Source of the DNA: Malacoraja senta
Lineage: Eukaryota
Length of the DNA: 64,000 nucleotides
Assembly: GCA_038087875.1 (NCBI GenBank)
Contig: CM075987.1
Coordinates: 17,362,001-17,426,000, forward strand
Direction: 5' to 3'
Below are positions 12,165 to 26,430 of the stretch, piece after piece (position 1 is the first letter of the stretch; every line of letters begins with the position of its first letter). The notes beneath the pieces are model-generated. The model was not told the DNA's origin and did no database searches. It was given only the letters and a program-made list of their open reading frames with translations. The position numbers and the translations under genes are program-made.

Positions 12165-14530
12165 TGTTGGTTGCTTGCAAAGTGTTTCCCAAGTTGGCTT
12201 GGCTTTTCAAGACTTCAGAAAATGTGTTGATTGCTTGCAAAGCGTTTGGCAAGTTGGCTTGGCTTTTAAAGACTTCAGTAAATGTGTGGGTTGTTTGCAA
12301 AGTGTTTGCCAAATTGGCTTGGCTTTTAAAGACTCTTCAGAAAATGGATTGGTTGCTTGTAAAGTGTTTGCCAAGTTGGCTTGACTTGTAAAGACTCTTC
12401 AGAAAATGTGTTGGTTACTTGCAAAGCGTTTGCCAAGATGGCTTGGCTTTTAAAGACTCTTCAGAAAATGTGTTGGTTGCTTGCAAAGCGTTTGCCAAGT
12501 TGGCTTTTAAAGAACCTTCAGAAAATGTGTTGGTTGCTTGCAAGGCGTTTGACAAGCTGTCTTGGCTTTTAAAGACTCTTCAGAAAATGTCTTGGTTGCT
12601 TGCAAAGCGTTTGCCAAGTTGGCTTGGCTTTTGAAGACACTTCAGAAAATGTGTTGGTTGCTTGCAAAGCATTTGGCAAGTTGGCATGGCTTTTAAAGAC
12701 TCTTTAGAAAACGGGTTGGTTGCTTGCAAAGTGTTTTCCAAATTGGCTTGGCTTTTAAAGACTTCAGAAAACGTGTTCGTTGCTTGCAAAGCGTTTGCCA
12801 AGTTGGCTTGGCTTTTAAAGACTCTTCAGAAAATGTGTTGGTTGCTTAAAAAGTGTTTGCCAAATTCGCTTTGCTTTTAAAGACTTCTGAAAATGGGTTG
12901 GTTGCTTGCAAAATGTTTGCCAAGTTGGCTTGGCTTTTAAAGACTTCATAAAATGTGTTGGTTGCTTGCAAAGTGTTTCCCAAGTTGGCTTGGCTTTTAA
13001 AGACTTCAGAAAATGTGTTGATTGCTTGCAAAGCGTTTGGCAAGTTGGCTTGGCTTTTAAAGACTTCAGTAAATGTGTGGGTTGTTTGCAAAGTGTTTGC
13101 CAAATTGGCTTGGCTTTTAAAGACTCTTCAGAAAATGGATTGGTTGCTTGTAAAGTGTTTGCCAAGTTGGCTTGACTTGTAAAGACTCTTCAGAAAATGT
13201 GTTGGTTACTTGCAAAGCGTTTGCCAAGATGGCTTGGCTTTTAAAGACTCTTCAGAAAATGTGTTGGTTGCTTGCAAAGCGTTTGCCAAGTTGGCTTTTA
13301 AAGAACCTTCAGAAAATGTGTTGGTTGCTTGCAAGGCGTTTGACAAGCTGTCTTGGCTTTTAAAGACTCTTCAGAAAATGTCTTGGTTGCTTGCAAAGCG
13401 TTTGCCAAGTTGGCTTGGCTTTTGAAGACACTTCAGAAAATGTGTTGGTTGCTTGCAAAGCATTTGGCAAGTTGGCATGGCTTTTAACGACTCTTCAGAA
13501 AACGGGTTGGTTGCTTGCAAAGTGTTTTCCAAATTGGCTTGGCTTTTAAAGACTTCAGAAAACGTGTTCGTTGCTTGCAAAGCGTTTGCCAAGTTGGCTT
13601 GGCTTTTAAAGACTCTTCAGAAAATGTGTTGGTTGCTTAAAAAGTGTTTGCCAAATTCGCTTGGCTTTTAAAGACTTCTCAAAATGGGTTGGTTGCTTGC
13701 AAAATGTTTGCCAAGTTGGCTTGGCTTTTAAAGACTTCATAAAATGTGTTGGTTGCTTGCAAAGTGTTTCCCAAGTTGGCTTGGCTTTTAAAGACTTCAG
13801 AAAATGTGTTGATTGCTTGCAAAGCGTTTGGCAAGTTGGCTTGGCTTTTAAAGACTTCAGTAAATGTGTGGGTTGTTTGCAAAGTGTTTGCCAAATTGGC
13901 TTGGCTTTTAAAGACTCTTCAGAAAATGGATTGGTTGCTTGTAAAGTGTTTGCCAAGTTGGCTTGACTTGTAAAGACTCTTCAGAAAATGTGTTGGTTAC
14001 TTGCAAAGCGTTTGCCAAGATGGCTTGGCTTTTAAAGACTCTTCAGAAAATGTGTTGGTTGCTTGCAAAGCGTTTGCCAAGTTGGCTTTTAAAGAACCTT
14101 CAGAAAATGTGTTGGTTGCTTGCAAGGCGTTTGACAAGCTGTCTTGGCTTTTAAAGACTCTTCAGAAAATGTCTTGGTTGCTTGCAAAGCGTTTGCCAAG
14201 TTGGCTTGGCTTTTGAAGACACTTCAGAAAATGTGTTGGTTGCTTGCAAAGCATTTGGCAAGTTGGCATGGCTTTTAAAGACTCTTCAGAAAACGGGTTG
14301 GTTGCTTGCAAAGTGTTTTCCAAATTGGCTTGGCTTTTAAAGACTTCAGAAAACGTGTTCGTTGCTTGCAAAGCGTTTGCCAAGTTGGCTTGGCTTTTAA
14401 AGACTCTTCAGAAAATGTGTTGGTTGCTTAAAAAGTGTTTGCCAAATTCGCTTTGCTTTTAAAGACTTCTGAAAATGGGTTGGTTGCTTGCAAAATGTTT
14501 GCCAAGTTGGCTTGGCTTTTAAAGACTTCA
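12165..14530. repeat. Higher-order repeat, period 791 bp (13 monomers, 3 copies)
   Basis: Offsets 12381/13172/13963. Markers TTGACTTGTAAAG, GAACCTTCAG and CTTAAAAAG recur every 791 bp. Confidence 0.92.
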
Positions 14531-17500
14531 GAAAATGGGTTGGTTGCTTGCAAAGTGTTTGCCAAGTTGGCTTGGCTTTTAAAGACCCTTCAGAAAATGT
14601 GTTGGTTGCTTGCAAAGTGTTTGCCAAGTTTGCTTCGCTTTTACAGACTCTTAAAAAAACGTGTTGGTTGCTTGTAAAGTGTTTGCCAAGTTGGCTTGGC
14701 TTTTAAAGCCTCTTCAGTAAATGTGTTGGTTGCTTGCAAAGTGTTTGCCAAGTTGGCTTGGCTTTTAAGGACTTCAGAAAATGCGTGGGTTGCTTGCAAA
14801 GCGTTTGCCAAGTTGGATTGGCTTTTAAAGACCCTTCAGAAAATGTGTTAGTTGCTTGCAAAGCGTTTGGCAAGTTGGCTTGGCTTTTAAAGAGTCTTCG
14901 GAAAATGTGTTGGTTGCTTGCAAAGCGTTTGCCAAGTTGTCTTGGCTTTTAGAGACTCTTCAATAAATGTCTTGGTTGCTTGCAAAGCGTTTGCCAAGTT
15001 GCCTTTGCTTTTAAAGACTCTTCAGAAAATGTCTTGGTTGCTTGCAAAGCGTTTGCCCAGTTGGATTGGCTTTTAAAGACCCTTCAGAAAATGTGTTAGT
15101 TGCTTGCAATGCGTTTGGCAAGTTGGCTTGGCTTTTAAAGAGTCTTCGGAAAATGTGTTGGTTGCTTGCAAAGCGTTTGCCAAGTTGGCTTGGCTTTTAA
15201 AGACTTGAGAAAATGTGTTGGTTGCTTGGAAAGCGTTTGCCAAGTTGGCTTGGCTTTCAAAGACTCTTCAGAACATGTGTTGGTTGCTTGCAAAGCGTTA
15301 GCCAAGTCGGCTTGGCTTTTAAAGACTCTTCAGAAAATGTGGTGGTTGCTTGCAAAGCGTTTGCCAAGTTGGCTTGGCTTTTAAAGACTCTTCAGAAAAT
15401 GTGTTGGTTGCTTGCAAAGCGTTTGGCAAGTTGGCTTGGCTTTTAAAGACTCTTCAGAAAATGTGTTGGTTGCTGGCAAAGCGTTTGCCAAGTTGGTTTG
15501 GCTTTTAAAGTCTTCAGAAAATGTGTTGGTTGCTTGCAAAGCGTTTGCCAAGTTGGCTTGGCTTTTAAAGACTTCAGAAAATGTGTTGGTTGCTTGCTTG
15601 CAAAGCGTTTCCCAAGTTGGCTTGGCTTTTAAAGACTCTTCAGAGAATGTGTTGGTTGCTTGCAAAGTGTTTGCCAATTTGGCTTGGCTTTGAAAGACCT
15701 CTGAAAATGGGTTGGTTGCTTGCAAAGTGTTTGCCAAGTTGGCTTGGCTTTTAATGACTCTTCAGAAAATGTGTTGGTTGCTTGCAAAGTTTTTGCCAAG
15801 TTGGCTTGGCTTTTAAAGGCTCTTCAGAAAATGGGTTGGTTGCTTGCAAAGTGTTTGCCAAATTGGCTTGGCTTTTAAAGACTCTTCCGAAAACATGTGG
15901 GTTGCTTGCAAAGCGTTTGCCAAGTTGGATTGGCTTTTGAAGACCCTTCAGAAAATGTGTTAGTTGCTTGCAAAGCGTTTGGCAAGTTGGCTTGGCTTTT
16001 AAAGAGTCTTCGGAAAATATGTTGGTTGCTTGCAAAGTGTTTGCCAAGTTGGCTTGGCTTTTAAACACTCTTCAGAAAACGGGTTGGTTGCTTGGAAAGT
16101 GTTTTCCAAATTGGCTTGGCTTTTAAAGACTTCAGAAAACGTGTTCGTTGCTTGCAAAGCGTTTGCCATGTTGGCTTGTCTTTTAACGACTCTTCAGAAA
16201 ATTTGTTAGTTGCTTCCAAAGTGTTTGCCAAAATGGCTTGGCTTTTAAAGACTTCAGAAAATGGGTTGGTTGCTTGCAAAGTGTTTGCCAAGTTGGCTTG
16301 GATTTTAAAGACTCTTCAGAAAATGTGTTGGTTGCTTGCAAAGTGTTTGCCATATTGGCTTGGCTTTTAAATACTCTTCAGAAAATGGGTTGGTTGCTTG
16401 CAAAGTGTTTGCCAAGTTGGCTTGGATTTTAAAGACTCTTCAGTAAATGTGTTGGTTGCATGCAAAGTGTTTGCCAAGTAGGATTGGCTTTTAAAGACTT
16501 CAGAAAATATGTTGGTTGCTTGCAAAGCGTTTGGCAAGTTGGCGTGGCTTTTAAAGACTCTTCAGAAAATGTGTTAGTTGCTTGCAAAGCGTTTGCCAAG
16601 TTGGCTTGGCTTTTAAAGACTTCAGAAAATGTGTTGGTTGCTTGCTTGCAAAGCGTTTGCCAAGTTGGCTTGGCTTTTAAAGACTCTTCAGTAAATGTGT
16701 TGGTTGCTTGCAAAGTGTTTGCCAAGTTGGCTTTTAAAGAACCTTCAGAAAATGTCTTGGTTGCTTGCAAAGCGTCTGCCAAGTTGGCTTGGCTTTTAAA
16801 GACACTTCAGAAAATGTGTAGGTTGCTTGCAAAGCATTTGGCAAGTTGGCTTGGCTTTTAAAGACTCTTCAGAAAATGTGTTGGTTGCTTGCAAAGTGTT
16901 TGCCAAGTTGGCTTGGATTTTAAAGACTCTTCAGAAAATGTGTTGGTTGCTTGCAAAGTGTTTCCCAAGTTGGCTTGGCTTTTAAAGACTTCAGAAAATA
17001 TGTTGGTTGCTTGCAAAGTGTTTGCCATGTTGGCTTGACTTGTAAAGACTCTTCAGAAAATGTGTTGGTTACTTGCAAAGCGTTTGCCAAGATGGCTTGG
17101 CTTTTAAAGACTCTTCAGAAAATGTGTTGGTTGCTTGCAAAGCGTTTGCCAAGTTGGCTTTTAAAGAACCTTCAGAAAATGTGTTGGTTGCTTGCAAGGC
17201 GTTTGACAAGCTGTCTTGGCTTTTAAAGACTCTTCAGAAAATGTCTTGGTTGCTTGCAAAGCGTTTGCCAAGTTGGCTTGGCTTTTGAAGACACTTCAGA
17301 AAATGTGTTGGTTGCTTGCAAAGCATTTGGCAAGTTGGCATGGCTTTTAAAGACTCTTCAGAAAACGGGTTGGTTGCTTGCAAAGTGTTTTCCAAATTGG
17401 CTTGGCTTTTAAAGACTTCAGAAAACGTGTTCGTTGCTTGCAAAGCGTTTGCCAAGTTGGCTTGGCTTTTAAAGACTCTTCAGAAAATGTGTTGGTTGCT

Positions 17501-19249
17501 TGCAAAGTGTTTGCCAAGTTGGCTTGGCTTTTAAACACTCTTCAGAAAATGTGTTGGTTGCTTGCAAAGTGTTTCCCAAGTTGGCTTGGCTTTTAAAGAC
17601 TTCAGAAAATGTGTTGTTTGCTTGCAAAGCGTTTGGCAAGTTGGCGTGGCTTTTAAAGACTCTTCAGAAAATGTGTTGGTTGCTTAAAAAGTGTTTGCCA
17701 AATTCGCTTGGCTTTTAAAGACTTCTGAAAATGGGTTGGTTGCTTGCAAAATGTTTGCCAAGTTGGCTTGGCTTTTAAAGACTTCAGAAAATGTGTTGGT
17801 TGCTTGCAAAGCGTTTGGCAAGTTGGCGTGGCTTTTAAAGACTCTTCAGAAAATGTGTTGGTTGCTTGCAAAGCGTTTGCCAAGTTGGCTTGGCTTTTAA
17901 AGACTTCAGAAAATGTGTTGGTTGCTTGCTTGCAAAGCGTTTGCCAAGTTGGCTTGGCTTTTAAAGACTCTTTAGTAAATGTGTTGGTTGCTTGCAAAGT
18001 GTTTGCCAAGTTGGCTTTTAAAGAACGTTCAGAAAATGTCTTGGTTGCTTGCAAAGCGTCTGCCAAGTTGGCTTGGCTTTTAAAGACACTTCAGAAAATG
18101 TGTAGGTTGCTTGGAAAGCATTTGGCAAGTTGGCTTGGCTTTTAAAGACTCTTCAGAAAATGTGTTGGTTGCTTGCAAAGTGTTTGCCAAGTTGGCTTGG
18201 ATTTTAAAGACTCTTCAGAAAATGTGTTGGTTGCTTGCAAAGTGTTTCCCAAGTTGGCTTGGCTTTTAAAGACTTCAGAAAATATGTTGGTTGCTTGCAA
18301 AGTGTTTGCCATGTTGGCTTGGCTTTTAAAGACTCTTCAGAAAACGGGTTGGTTGCTTGGAAAGTGTTTTCCAAATTGGCTTGGCTTTTAAAGACTCTTC
18401 AGAAAACGTGTTGGTTGCTTGGAAATTGTTTGTCAAGGTGGCTTGGATTTTAAAGACTCTTCAGAAAATGTGTTGGTTGCTTGCAAAGTGTTTGCCATAT
18501 TGGCTTGGCTTTTAAAGACTCTTCAGTAAATGTGTTGGTTGCATGCAAAGTGTTTGCCAAGTTGGCTTGGCTTTTAAAGACTTCAGAAAATGTGTTGGTT
18601 GCTTGCAAAGCGTTTGGCAAGTTGGCTTGGCTTTTAAAGACTCTTCAGAAAATGTGTTGGTTGCTTGCAAAGCGTTTGCCAAGTTGGCTTGGCTTTTAAA
18701 GACTTCAGAAAATGTGTTGGTTGCTTGCTTGCAAAGCGTTTGCCAAGTTGGCTTGGCTTTTAAAGACTCTTCAGAAAATGTGTTGGTTGCTTGCAAAGTG
18801 TTTGCCAAGTTGGCTTGGCTTTTAAACACTCTTCAGAAAATGTGTTGGTTGCTTGCAAAGTGTTTCCCAAGTTGGCTTGGCTTTTAAAGACTTCAGAAAA
18901 TGTGTTGATTGCTTGCAAAGCGTTTGGCAAGTTGGCTTGGCTTTTAAAGACTTCAGTAAATGTGTGGGTTGTTTGCAAAGTGTTTGCCAAATTGCCTTGG
19001 CTTTTAAAGACTCTTCAGAAAATGGATTGGTTGCTTGTAAAGTGTTTGCCAAGTTGGCTTGACTTGTAAAGACTCTTCAGAAAATGTGTTGGTTACTTGC
19101 AAAGCGTTTGCCAAGATGGCTTGGCTTTTAAAGACTCTTCAGAAAATGTGTTGGTTGCTTGCAAATCGTTTGCCAAGTTGGCTTTTAAAGAACCTTCAGA
19201 AAATGTGTTGGTTGCTTGCAAGGCGTTTGACAAGCTGTCTTGGCTTTTA

Positions 19250-22200
19250 AAGACTCTTCAGAAAATGTCTTGGTTGCTTGCAAAGCGTTTCCCAAGTTGG
19301 CTTGGCTTTTGAAGACACTTCAGAAAATGTGTTGGTTGCTTGCAAAGCATTTGGCAAGTTGGCATGGCTTTTAAAGACTCTTCAGAAAACGGGTTGGTTG
19401 CTTGCAAAGTGTTTTCCAAATTGGCTTGGCTTTTAAAGACTTCAGAAAACGTGTTCGTTGCTTGCAAAGCGTTTGCCAAGTTGGCTTGGCTTTTAAAGAC
19501 TCTTCAGAAAATGTGTTGGTTGCTTAAAAAGTGTTTGCCAAATTCGCTTGGCTTTTAAAGACTTCTCAAAATGGGTTGGTTGCTTGCAAAATGTTTGCCA
19601 AGTTGGCTTGGCTTTTAAAGACTTCATAAAATGGGTTGGTTGCTTGCAAAGTGTTTGCCAATTTGGCTTGACATAAAGACTCTTCAGAAAATGTGTTGGT
19701 TGCTTCCAAAGTGTTTGCCATATTGGCTTGGCTTTTAAAGACTTCAGAAAATGGGTTGGTTGCTTGCAAAGTGTTTGCCAAGTTGGCTTGGCTTTTAAAG
19801 ACCCTTCAGAAAATGTGTTGGTTGCTTGCAAAGTGTTTGCCAAGTTTGCTTCGCTTTTACAGACTCTTAAAAAAACGTGTTGGTTGCTTGTAAAGTGTTT
19901 GCCAAGTTGGCTTGGCTTTTAAAGCCTCTTCAGTAAATGTGTTGGTTGCTTGCAAAGTGTTTGCCAAGTTGGCTTGGCTGTTAAGGACTTCAGAAAATGC
20001 GTGGGTTGCTTGCAAAGCGTTTGCCAAGTTGGATTGGCTTTTAAAGACCCTTCAGAAAATGTGTTAGTTGCTTGCAAAGCGTTTGGCAAGTTGGCTTGGC
20101 TTTTAAAGAGTCTTCGGAAAATGTGTTGGTTGCTTGCAAAGCGTTTGCCAAGTTGTCTTGGCTTTTAGAGACTCTTCAATAAATGTCTTGGTTGCTTGCA
20201 AAGCGTTTGCCAAGTTGCCTTTGCTTTTAAAGACTCTTCAGAAAATGTCTTGGTTGCTTGCAAAGCGTTTGCCCAGTTGTCATGGATTTTAAAGACTTCA
20301 GAAAATGTGTTGGTTGCTCGCAAAGTGTTTGGCAAGTTGGCTTGGCTTTTAAAGACTCTTCAGATAATGTGTTGGTTGCTTGCAAAGTGTTTGCCAAGTT
20401 GGCTTGGCTTTTAAAGACTTCAGAAAATGTGTTGGTTGCTTGCAACGTGTTTGCCAAGTTGGCTTGGCTTTTAAAGACTCTTCAGAAAATGTGTTGGTTG
20501 CTTACAAAGCGTTTGCCAAGTTGGCTTGGATTTTAAAGCCTCTTCAGAAAATGTGTTGGTTGCTTGCAAAGCGTTTGGCAAGTTGGCTTGGCTTTTAAAG
20601 AGTCTTCGGAAAATATGTCGGTTGCTTGCAAAGCGTTTGCCAAGTTGGTTTGGCTTTTAAAGTCTTCAGAAAATGTGTTGGTTGCTTGCAAAGCGTTTGC
20701 CAAGTTGGCTTGGCTTTTAAAGACTTCAGAAAATGTGTTGGTTGCTTGCTTGCAAAGCGTTTCCCAAGTTGGCTTGGCTTTTAAAGACTCTTCAGAGAAT
20801 GTGTTGGTTGCTTGCAAAGTGTTTGCCAATTTGGCTTGGCTTTTAAAGACCTCTGAAAATGGGTTGGTTGCTTGCAAAGTGTTTGCCAAGTTGGCTTGGC
20901 TTTTAATGACTCTTCAGAAAATGTGTTGGTTGCTTGCAAAGTTTTTGCCAAGTTGGCTTGGCTTTTAAAGACTCTTCAGAAAATGGGTTGGTTGCTTGCA
21001 AAGTGTTTGCCAAATTGGCTTGGCTTTTAAAGACTCTTCAGAAAACGTGTGGGTTGTTTGCAAATCGTTTGGCAAGTTGGCTTAGCTTTTAAGGACCCTT
21101 CAGAAAATGTGTGGGTTGCTGTCAACGCGTTTGCCAAGTTGGATTGGCTTTTGAAGACCCTTCAGAAAAAGTGTTAGTTGCTTGCAAAGCCTTTGGCAAG
21201 TTGGCTTGGCTTTTAAAGAGTCTTCGGAAAATGTGTTGGTTGCTTGCAAAGCGTTTGCCAAGTTGTCTTGGCTTTTAGAGACTCTTCAGAAAATGTCTTG
21301 GTTGCTTGCAAAGCGTTTGCCAAGTTGCCTTTGCTTTTAAAGACTCTTCAGAAAATGTCTTGGTTGCTTGCAAAGTGTTTGCCAAGTTGGCTTGGCTTTT
21401 AAAGACTTCAGAAAATGTGTTGGTTCCTTGCAAAGTGTTTGCCAAGTTGGCTTGGGTTTTAAAGACTTCAGAATATGTGTTGGTTGCTTGCAAAGCGTTT
21501 GCCAAGTTGGCTTGCCTTTTAAAGACACTTCAGAAAATGTGTTGGTTGCTTGCAAAGTGTTTGCTAAGTTGGCTTGGCTTTTAAAGACTTCAGAAAATGT
21601 GTTGGTTGCTTGCAAAGTGTTTTCCAAGTTGGCTTGGCTTTTAAAGACTCTTCAGAAAATGTCTTGGTTGCTTGCAAAGCGTTTCCCAAGTTGGCTTGGC
21701 TTTTGAAGACACTTCAGAAAATGTGTTGGTTGCTTGCAAAGCATTTGGCAAGTTGGCATGGCTTTTAAAGACTCTTCAGAAAACGGGTTGGTTGCTTGCA
21801 AAGTGTTTTCCAAATTGGCTTGGCTTTTAAAGACTTCAGAAAACGTGTTCGTTGCTTGCAAAGCGTTTGCCAAGTTGGCTTGGCTTTTAAAGACTCTTCA
21901 GAAAATGTGTTGGTTGCTTAAAAAGTGTTTGCCAAATTCGCTTGGCTTTTAAAGACTTCTCAAAATGGGTTGGTTGCTTGCAAAATGTTTGCCAAGTTGG
22001 CTTGGCTTTTAAAGACTTCATAAAATGGGTTGGTTGCTTGCAAAGTGTTTGCCAATTTGGCTTGACATAAAGACTCTTCAGAAAATGTGTTGGTTGCTTC
22101 CAAAGTGTTTGCCATATTGGCTTGGCTTTTAAAGACTTCAGAAAATGGGTTGGTTGCTTGCAAAGTGTTTGCCAAGTTGGCTTGGCTTTTAAAGACCCTT

Positions 22201-25200
22201 CAGAAAATGTGTTGGTTGCTTGCAAAGTGTTTGCCAAGTTTGCTTCGCTTTTACAGACTCTTAAAAAAACGTGTTGGTTGCTTGTAAAGTGTTTGCCAAG
22301 TTGGCTTGGCTTTTAAAGCCTCTTCAGTAAATGTGTTGGTTGCTTGCAAAGTGTTTGCCAAGTTGGCTTGGCTGTTAAGGACTTCAGAAAATGCGTGGGT
22401 TGCTTGCAAAGCGTTTGCCAAGTTGGATTGGCTTTTAAAGACCCTTCAGAAAATGTGTTAGTTGCTTGCAAAGCGTTTGGCAAGTTGGCTTGGCTTTTAA
22501 AGAGTCTTCGGAAAATGTGTTGGTTGCTTGCAAAGCGTTTGCCAAGTTGTCTTGGCTTTTAGAGACTCTTCAATAAATGTCTTGGTTGCTTGCAAAGCGT
22601 TTGCCAAGTTGCCTTTGCTTTTAAAGACTCTTCAGAAAATGTCTTGGTTGCTTGCAAAGCGTTTGCCCAGTTGTCATGGATTTTAAAGACTTCAGAAAAT
22701 GTGTTGGTTGCTCGCAAAGTGTTTGGCAAGTTGGCTTGGCTTTTAAAGACTCTTCAGATAATGTGTTGGTTGCTTGCAAAGTGTTTGCCAAGTTGGCTTG
22801 GCTTTTAAAGACTTCAGAAAATGTGTTGGTTGCTTGCAACGTGTTTGCCAAGTTGGCTTGGCTTTTAAAGACTCTTCAGAAAATGTGTTGGTTGCTTACA
22901 AAGCGTTTGCCAAGTTGGCTTGGATTTTAAAGCCTCTTCAGAAAATGTGTTGGTTGCTTGCAAAGCGTTTGGCAAGTTGGCTTGGCTTTTAAAGAGTCTT
23001 CGGAAAATATGTCGGTTGCTTGCAAAGCGTTTGCCAAGTTGGTTTGACTTTTAAAGTCTTCAGAAAATGTGTTGGTTGCTTGCAAAGCGTTTGCCAAGTT
23101 GGCTTGGCTTTTAAAGACTTCAGAAAATGTGTTGGTTGCTTGCTTGCAAAGCGTTTCCCAAGTTGGCTTGGCTTTTAAAGACTCTTCAGAGAATGTGTTG
23201 GTTGCTTGCAAAGTGTTTGCCAATTTGGCTTGGCTTTTAAAGACCTCTGAAAATGGGTTGGTTGCTTGCAAAGTGTTTGCCAAGTTGGCTTGGCTTTTAA
23301 TGACTCTTCAGAAAATGTGTTGGTTGCTTGCAAAGTTTTTGCCAAGTTGGCTTGGCTTTTAAAGACTCTTCAGAAAATGGGTTGGTTGCTTGCAAAGTGT
23401 TTGCCAAATTGGCTTGGCTTTTAAAGACTCTTCAGAAAACGTGTGGGTTGTTTGCAAATCGTTTGGCAAGTTGGCTTAGCTTTTAAGGACCCTTCAGAAA
23501 ATGTGTGGGTTGCTGTCAACGCGTTTGCCAAGTTGGATTGGCTTTTGAAGACCCTTCAGAAAAAGTGTTAGTTGCTTGCAAAGCCTTTGGCAAGTTGGCT
23601 TGGCTTTTAAAGAGTCTTCGGAAAATGTGTTGGTTGCTTGCAAAGCGTTTGCCAAGTTGTCTTGGCTTTTAGAGACTCTTCAGAAAATGTCTTGGTTGCT
23701 TGCAAAGCGTTTGCCAAGTTGCCTTTGCTTTTAAAGACTCTTCAGAAAATGTCTTGGTTGCTTGCAAAGTGTTTGCCAAGTTGGCTTGGCTTTTAAAGAC
23801 TTCAGAAAATGTGTTGGTTCCTTGCAAAGTGTTTGCCAAGTTGGCTTGGGTTTTAAAGACTTCAGAATATGTGTTGGTTGCTTGCAAAGCGTTTGCCAAG
23901 TTGGCTTGCCTTTTAAAGACACTTCAGAAAATGTGTTGGTTGCTTGCAAAGTGTTTGCTAAGTTGGCTTGGCTTTTAAAGACTTCAGAAAATGTGTTGGT
24001 TGCTTGCAAAGTGTTTTCCAAGTTGGCTTGGCTTTTAAAGACTCTTCAGAAAATGTCTTGGTTGCTTGCAAAGCGTTTCCCAAGTTGGCTTGGCTTTTGA
24101 AGACACTTCAGAAAATGTGTTGGTTGCTTGCAAAGCATTTGGCAAGTTGGCATGGCTTTTAAAGACTCTTCAGAAAACGGGTTGGTTGCTTGCAAAGTGT
24201 TTTCCAAATTGGCTTGGCTTTTAAAGACTTCAGAAAACGTGTTCGTTGCTTGCAAAGCGTTTGCCAAGTTGGCTTGGCTTTTAAAGACTCTTCAGAAAAT
24301 GTGTTGGTTGCTTAAAAAGTGTTTGCCAAATTCGCTTGGCTTTTAAAGACTTCTCAAAATGGGTTGGTTGCTTGCAAAATGTTTGCCAAGTTGGCTTGGC
24401 TTTTAAAGACTTCATAAAATGGGTTGGTTGCTTGCAAAGTGTTTGCCAATTTGGCTTGACATAAAGACTCTTCAGAAAATGTGTTGGTTGCTTCCAAAGT
24501 GTTTGCCATATTGGCTTGGCTTTTAAAGACTTCAGAAAATGGGTTGGTTGCTTGCAAAGTGTTTGCCAAGTTGGCTTGGCTTTTAAAGACCCTTCAGAAA
24601 ATGTGTTGGTTGCTTGCAAAGTGTTTGCCAAGTTTGCTTCGCTTTTACAGACTCTTAAAAAAACGTGTTGGTTGCTTGTAAAGTGTTTGCCAAGTTGGCT
24701 TGGCTTTTAAAGCCTCTTCAGTAAATGTGTTGGTTGCTTGCAAAGTGTTTGCCAAGTTGGCTTGGCTGTTAAGGACTTCAGAAAATGCGTGGGTTGCTTG
24801 CAAAGCGTTTGCCAAGTTGGATTGGCTTTTAAAGACCCTTCAGAAAATGTGTTAGTTGCTTGCAAAGCGTTTGGCAAGTTGGCTTGGCTTTTAAAGAGTC
24901 TTCGGAAAATGTGTTGGTTGCTTGCAAAGCGTTTGCCAAGTTGTCTTGGCTTTTAGAGACTCTTCAATAAATGTCTTGGTTGCTTGCAAAGCGTTTGCCA
25001 AGTTGCCTTTGCTTTTAAAGACTCTTCAGAAAATGTCTTGGTTGCTTGCAAAGCGTTTGCCCAGTTGTCATGGATTTTAAAGACTTCAGAAAATGTGTTG
25101 GTTGCTCGCAAAGTGTTTGGCAAGTTGGCTTGGCTTTTAAAGACTCTTCAGATAATGTGTTGGTTGCTTGCAAAGTGTTTGCCAAGTTGGCTTGGCTTTT

Positions 25201-26430
25201 AAAGACTTCAGAAAATGTGTTGGTTGCTTGCAACGTGTTTGCCAAGTTGGCTTGGCTTTTAAAGACTCTTCAGAAAATGTGTTGGTTGCTTACAAAGCGT
25301 TTGCCAAGTTGGCTTGGATTTTAAAGCCTCTTCAGAAAATGTGTTGGTTGCTTGCAAAGCGTTTGGCAAGTTGGCTTGGCTTTTAAAGAGTCTTCGGAAA
25401 ATATGTCGGTTGCTTGCAAAGCGTTTGCCAAGTTGGTTTGGCTTTTAAAGTCTTCAGAAAATGTGTTGGTTGCTTGCAAAGCGTTTGCCAAGTTGGCTTG
25501 GCTTTTAAAGACTTCAGAAAATGTGTTGGTTGCTTGCTTGCAAAGCGTTTCCCAAGTTGGCTTGGCTTTTAAAGACTCTTCAGAGAATGTGTTGGTTGCT
25601 TGCAAAGTGTTTGCCAATTTGGCTTGGCTTTTAAAGACCTCTGAAAATGGGTTGGTTGCTTGCAAAGTGTTTGCCAAGTTGGCTTGGCTTTTAATGACTC
25701 TTCAGAAAATGTGTTGGTTGCTTGCAAAGTTTTTGCCAAGTTGGCTTGGCTTTTAAAGACTCTTCAGAAAATGGGTTGGTTGCTTGCAAAGTGTTTGCCA
25801 AATTGGCTTGGCTTTTAAAGACTCTTCAGAAAACGTGTGGGTTGTTTGCAAATCGTTTGGCAAGTTGGCTTAGCTTTTAAGGACCCTTCAGAAAATGTGT
25901 GGGTTGCTGTCAACGCGTTTGCCAAGTTGGATTGGCTTTTGAAGACCCTTCAGAAAAAGTGTTAGTTGCTTGCAAAGCCTTTGGCAAGTTGGCTTGGCTT
26001 TTAAAGAGTCTTCGGAAAATGTGTTGGTTGCTTGCAAAGCGTTTGCCAAGTTGTCTTGGCTTTTAGAGACTCTTCAGAAAATGTCTTGGTTGCTTGCAAA
26101 GCGTTTGCCAAGTTGCCTTTGCTTTTAAAGACTCTTCAGAAAATGTCTTGGTTGCTTGCAAAGTGTTTGCCAAGTTGGCTTGGCTTTTAAAGACTTCAGA
26201 AAATGTGTTGGTTCCTTGCAAAGTGTTTGCCAAGTTGGCTTGGGTTTTAAAGACTTCAGAATATGTGTTGGTTGCTTGCAAAGCGTTTGCCAAGTTGGCT
26301 TGCCTTTTAAAGACACTTCAGAAAATGTGTTGGTTGCTTGCAAAGTGTTTGCTAAGTTGGCTTGGCTTTTAAAGACTTCAGAAAATGTGTTGGTTGCTTG
26401 CAAAGTGTTTTCCAAGTTGGCTTGGCTTTT
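19250..26430. repeat. Higher-order repeat, period 2394 bp (about 39 monomers, 3 copies)
   Basis: Offsets 19258/21652/24046 and 21275/23669/26063. Markers CTCTTAAAAAAACG and GCTGTCAACGCG recur every 2394 bp. Confidence 0.93.
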
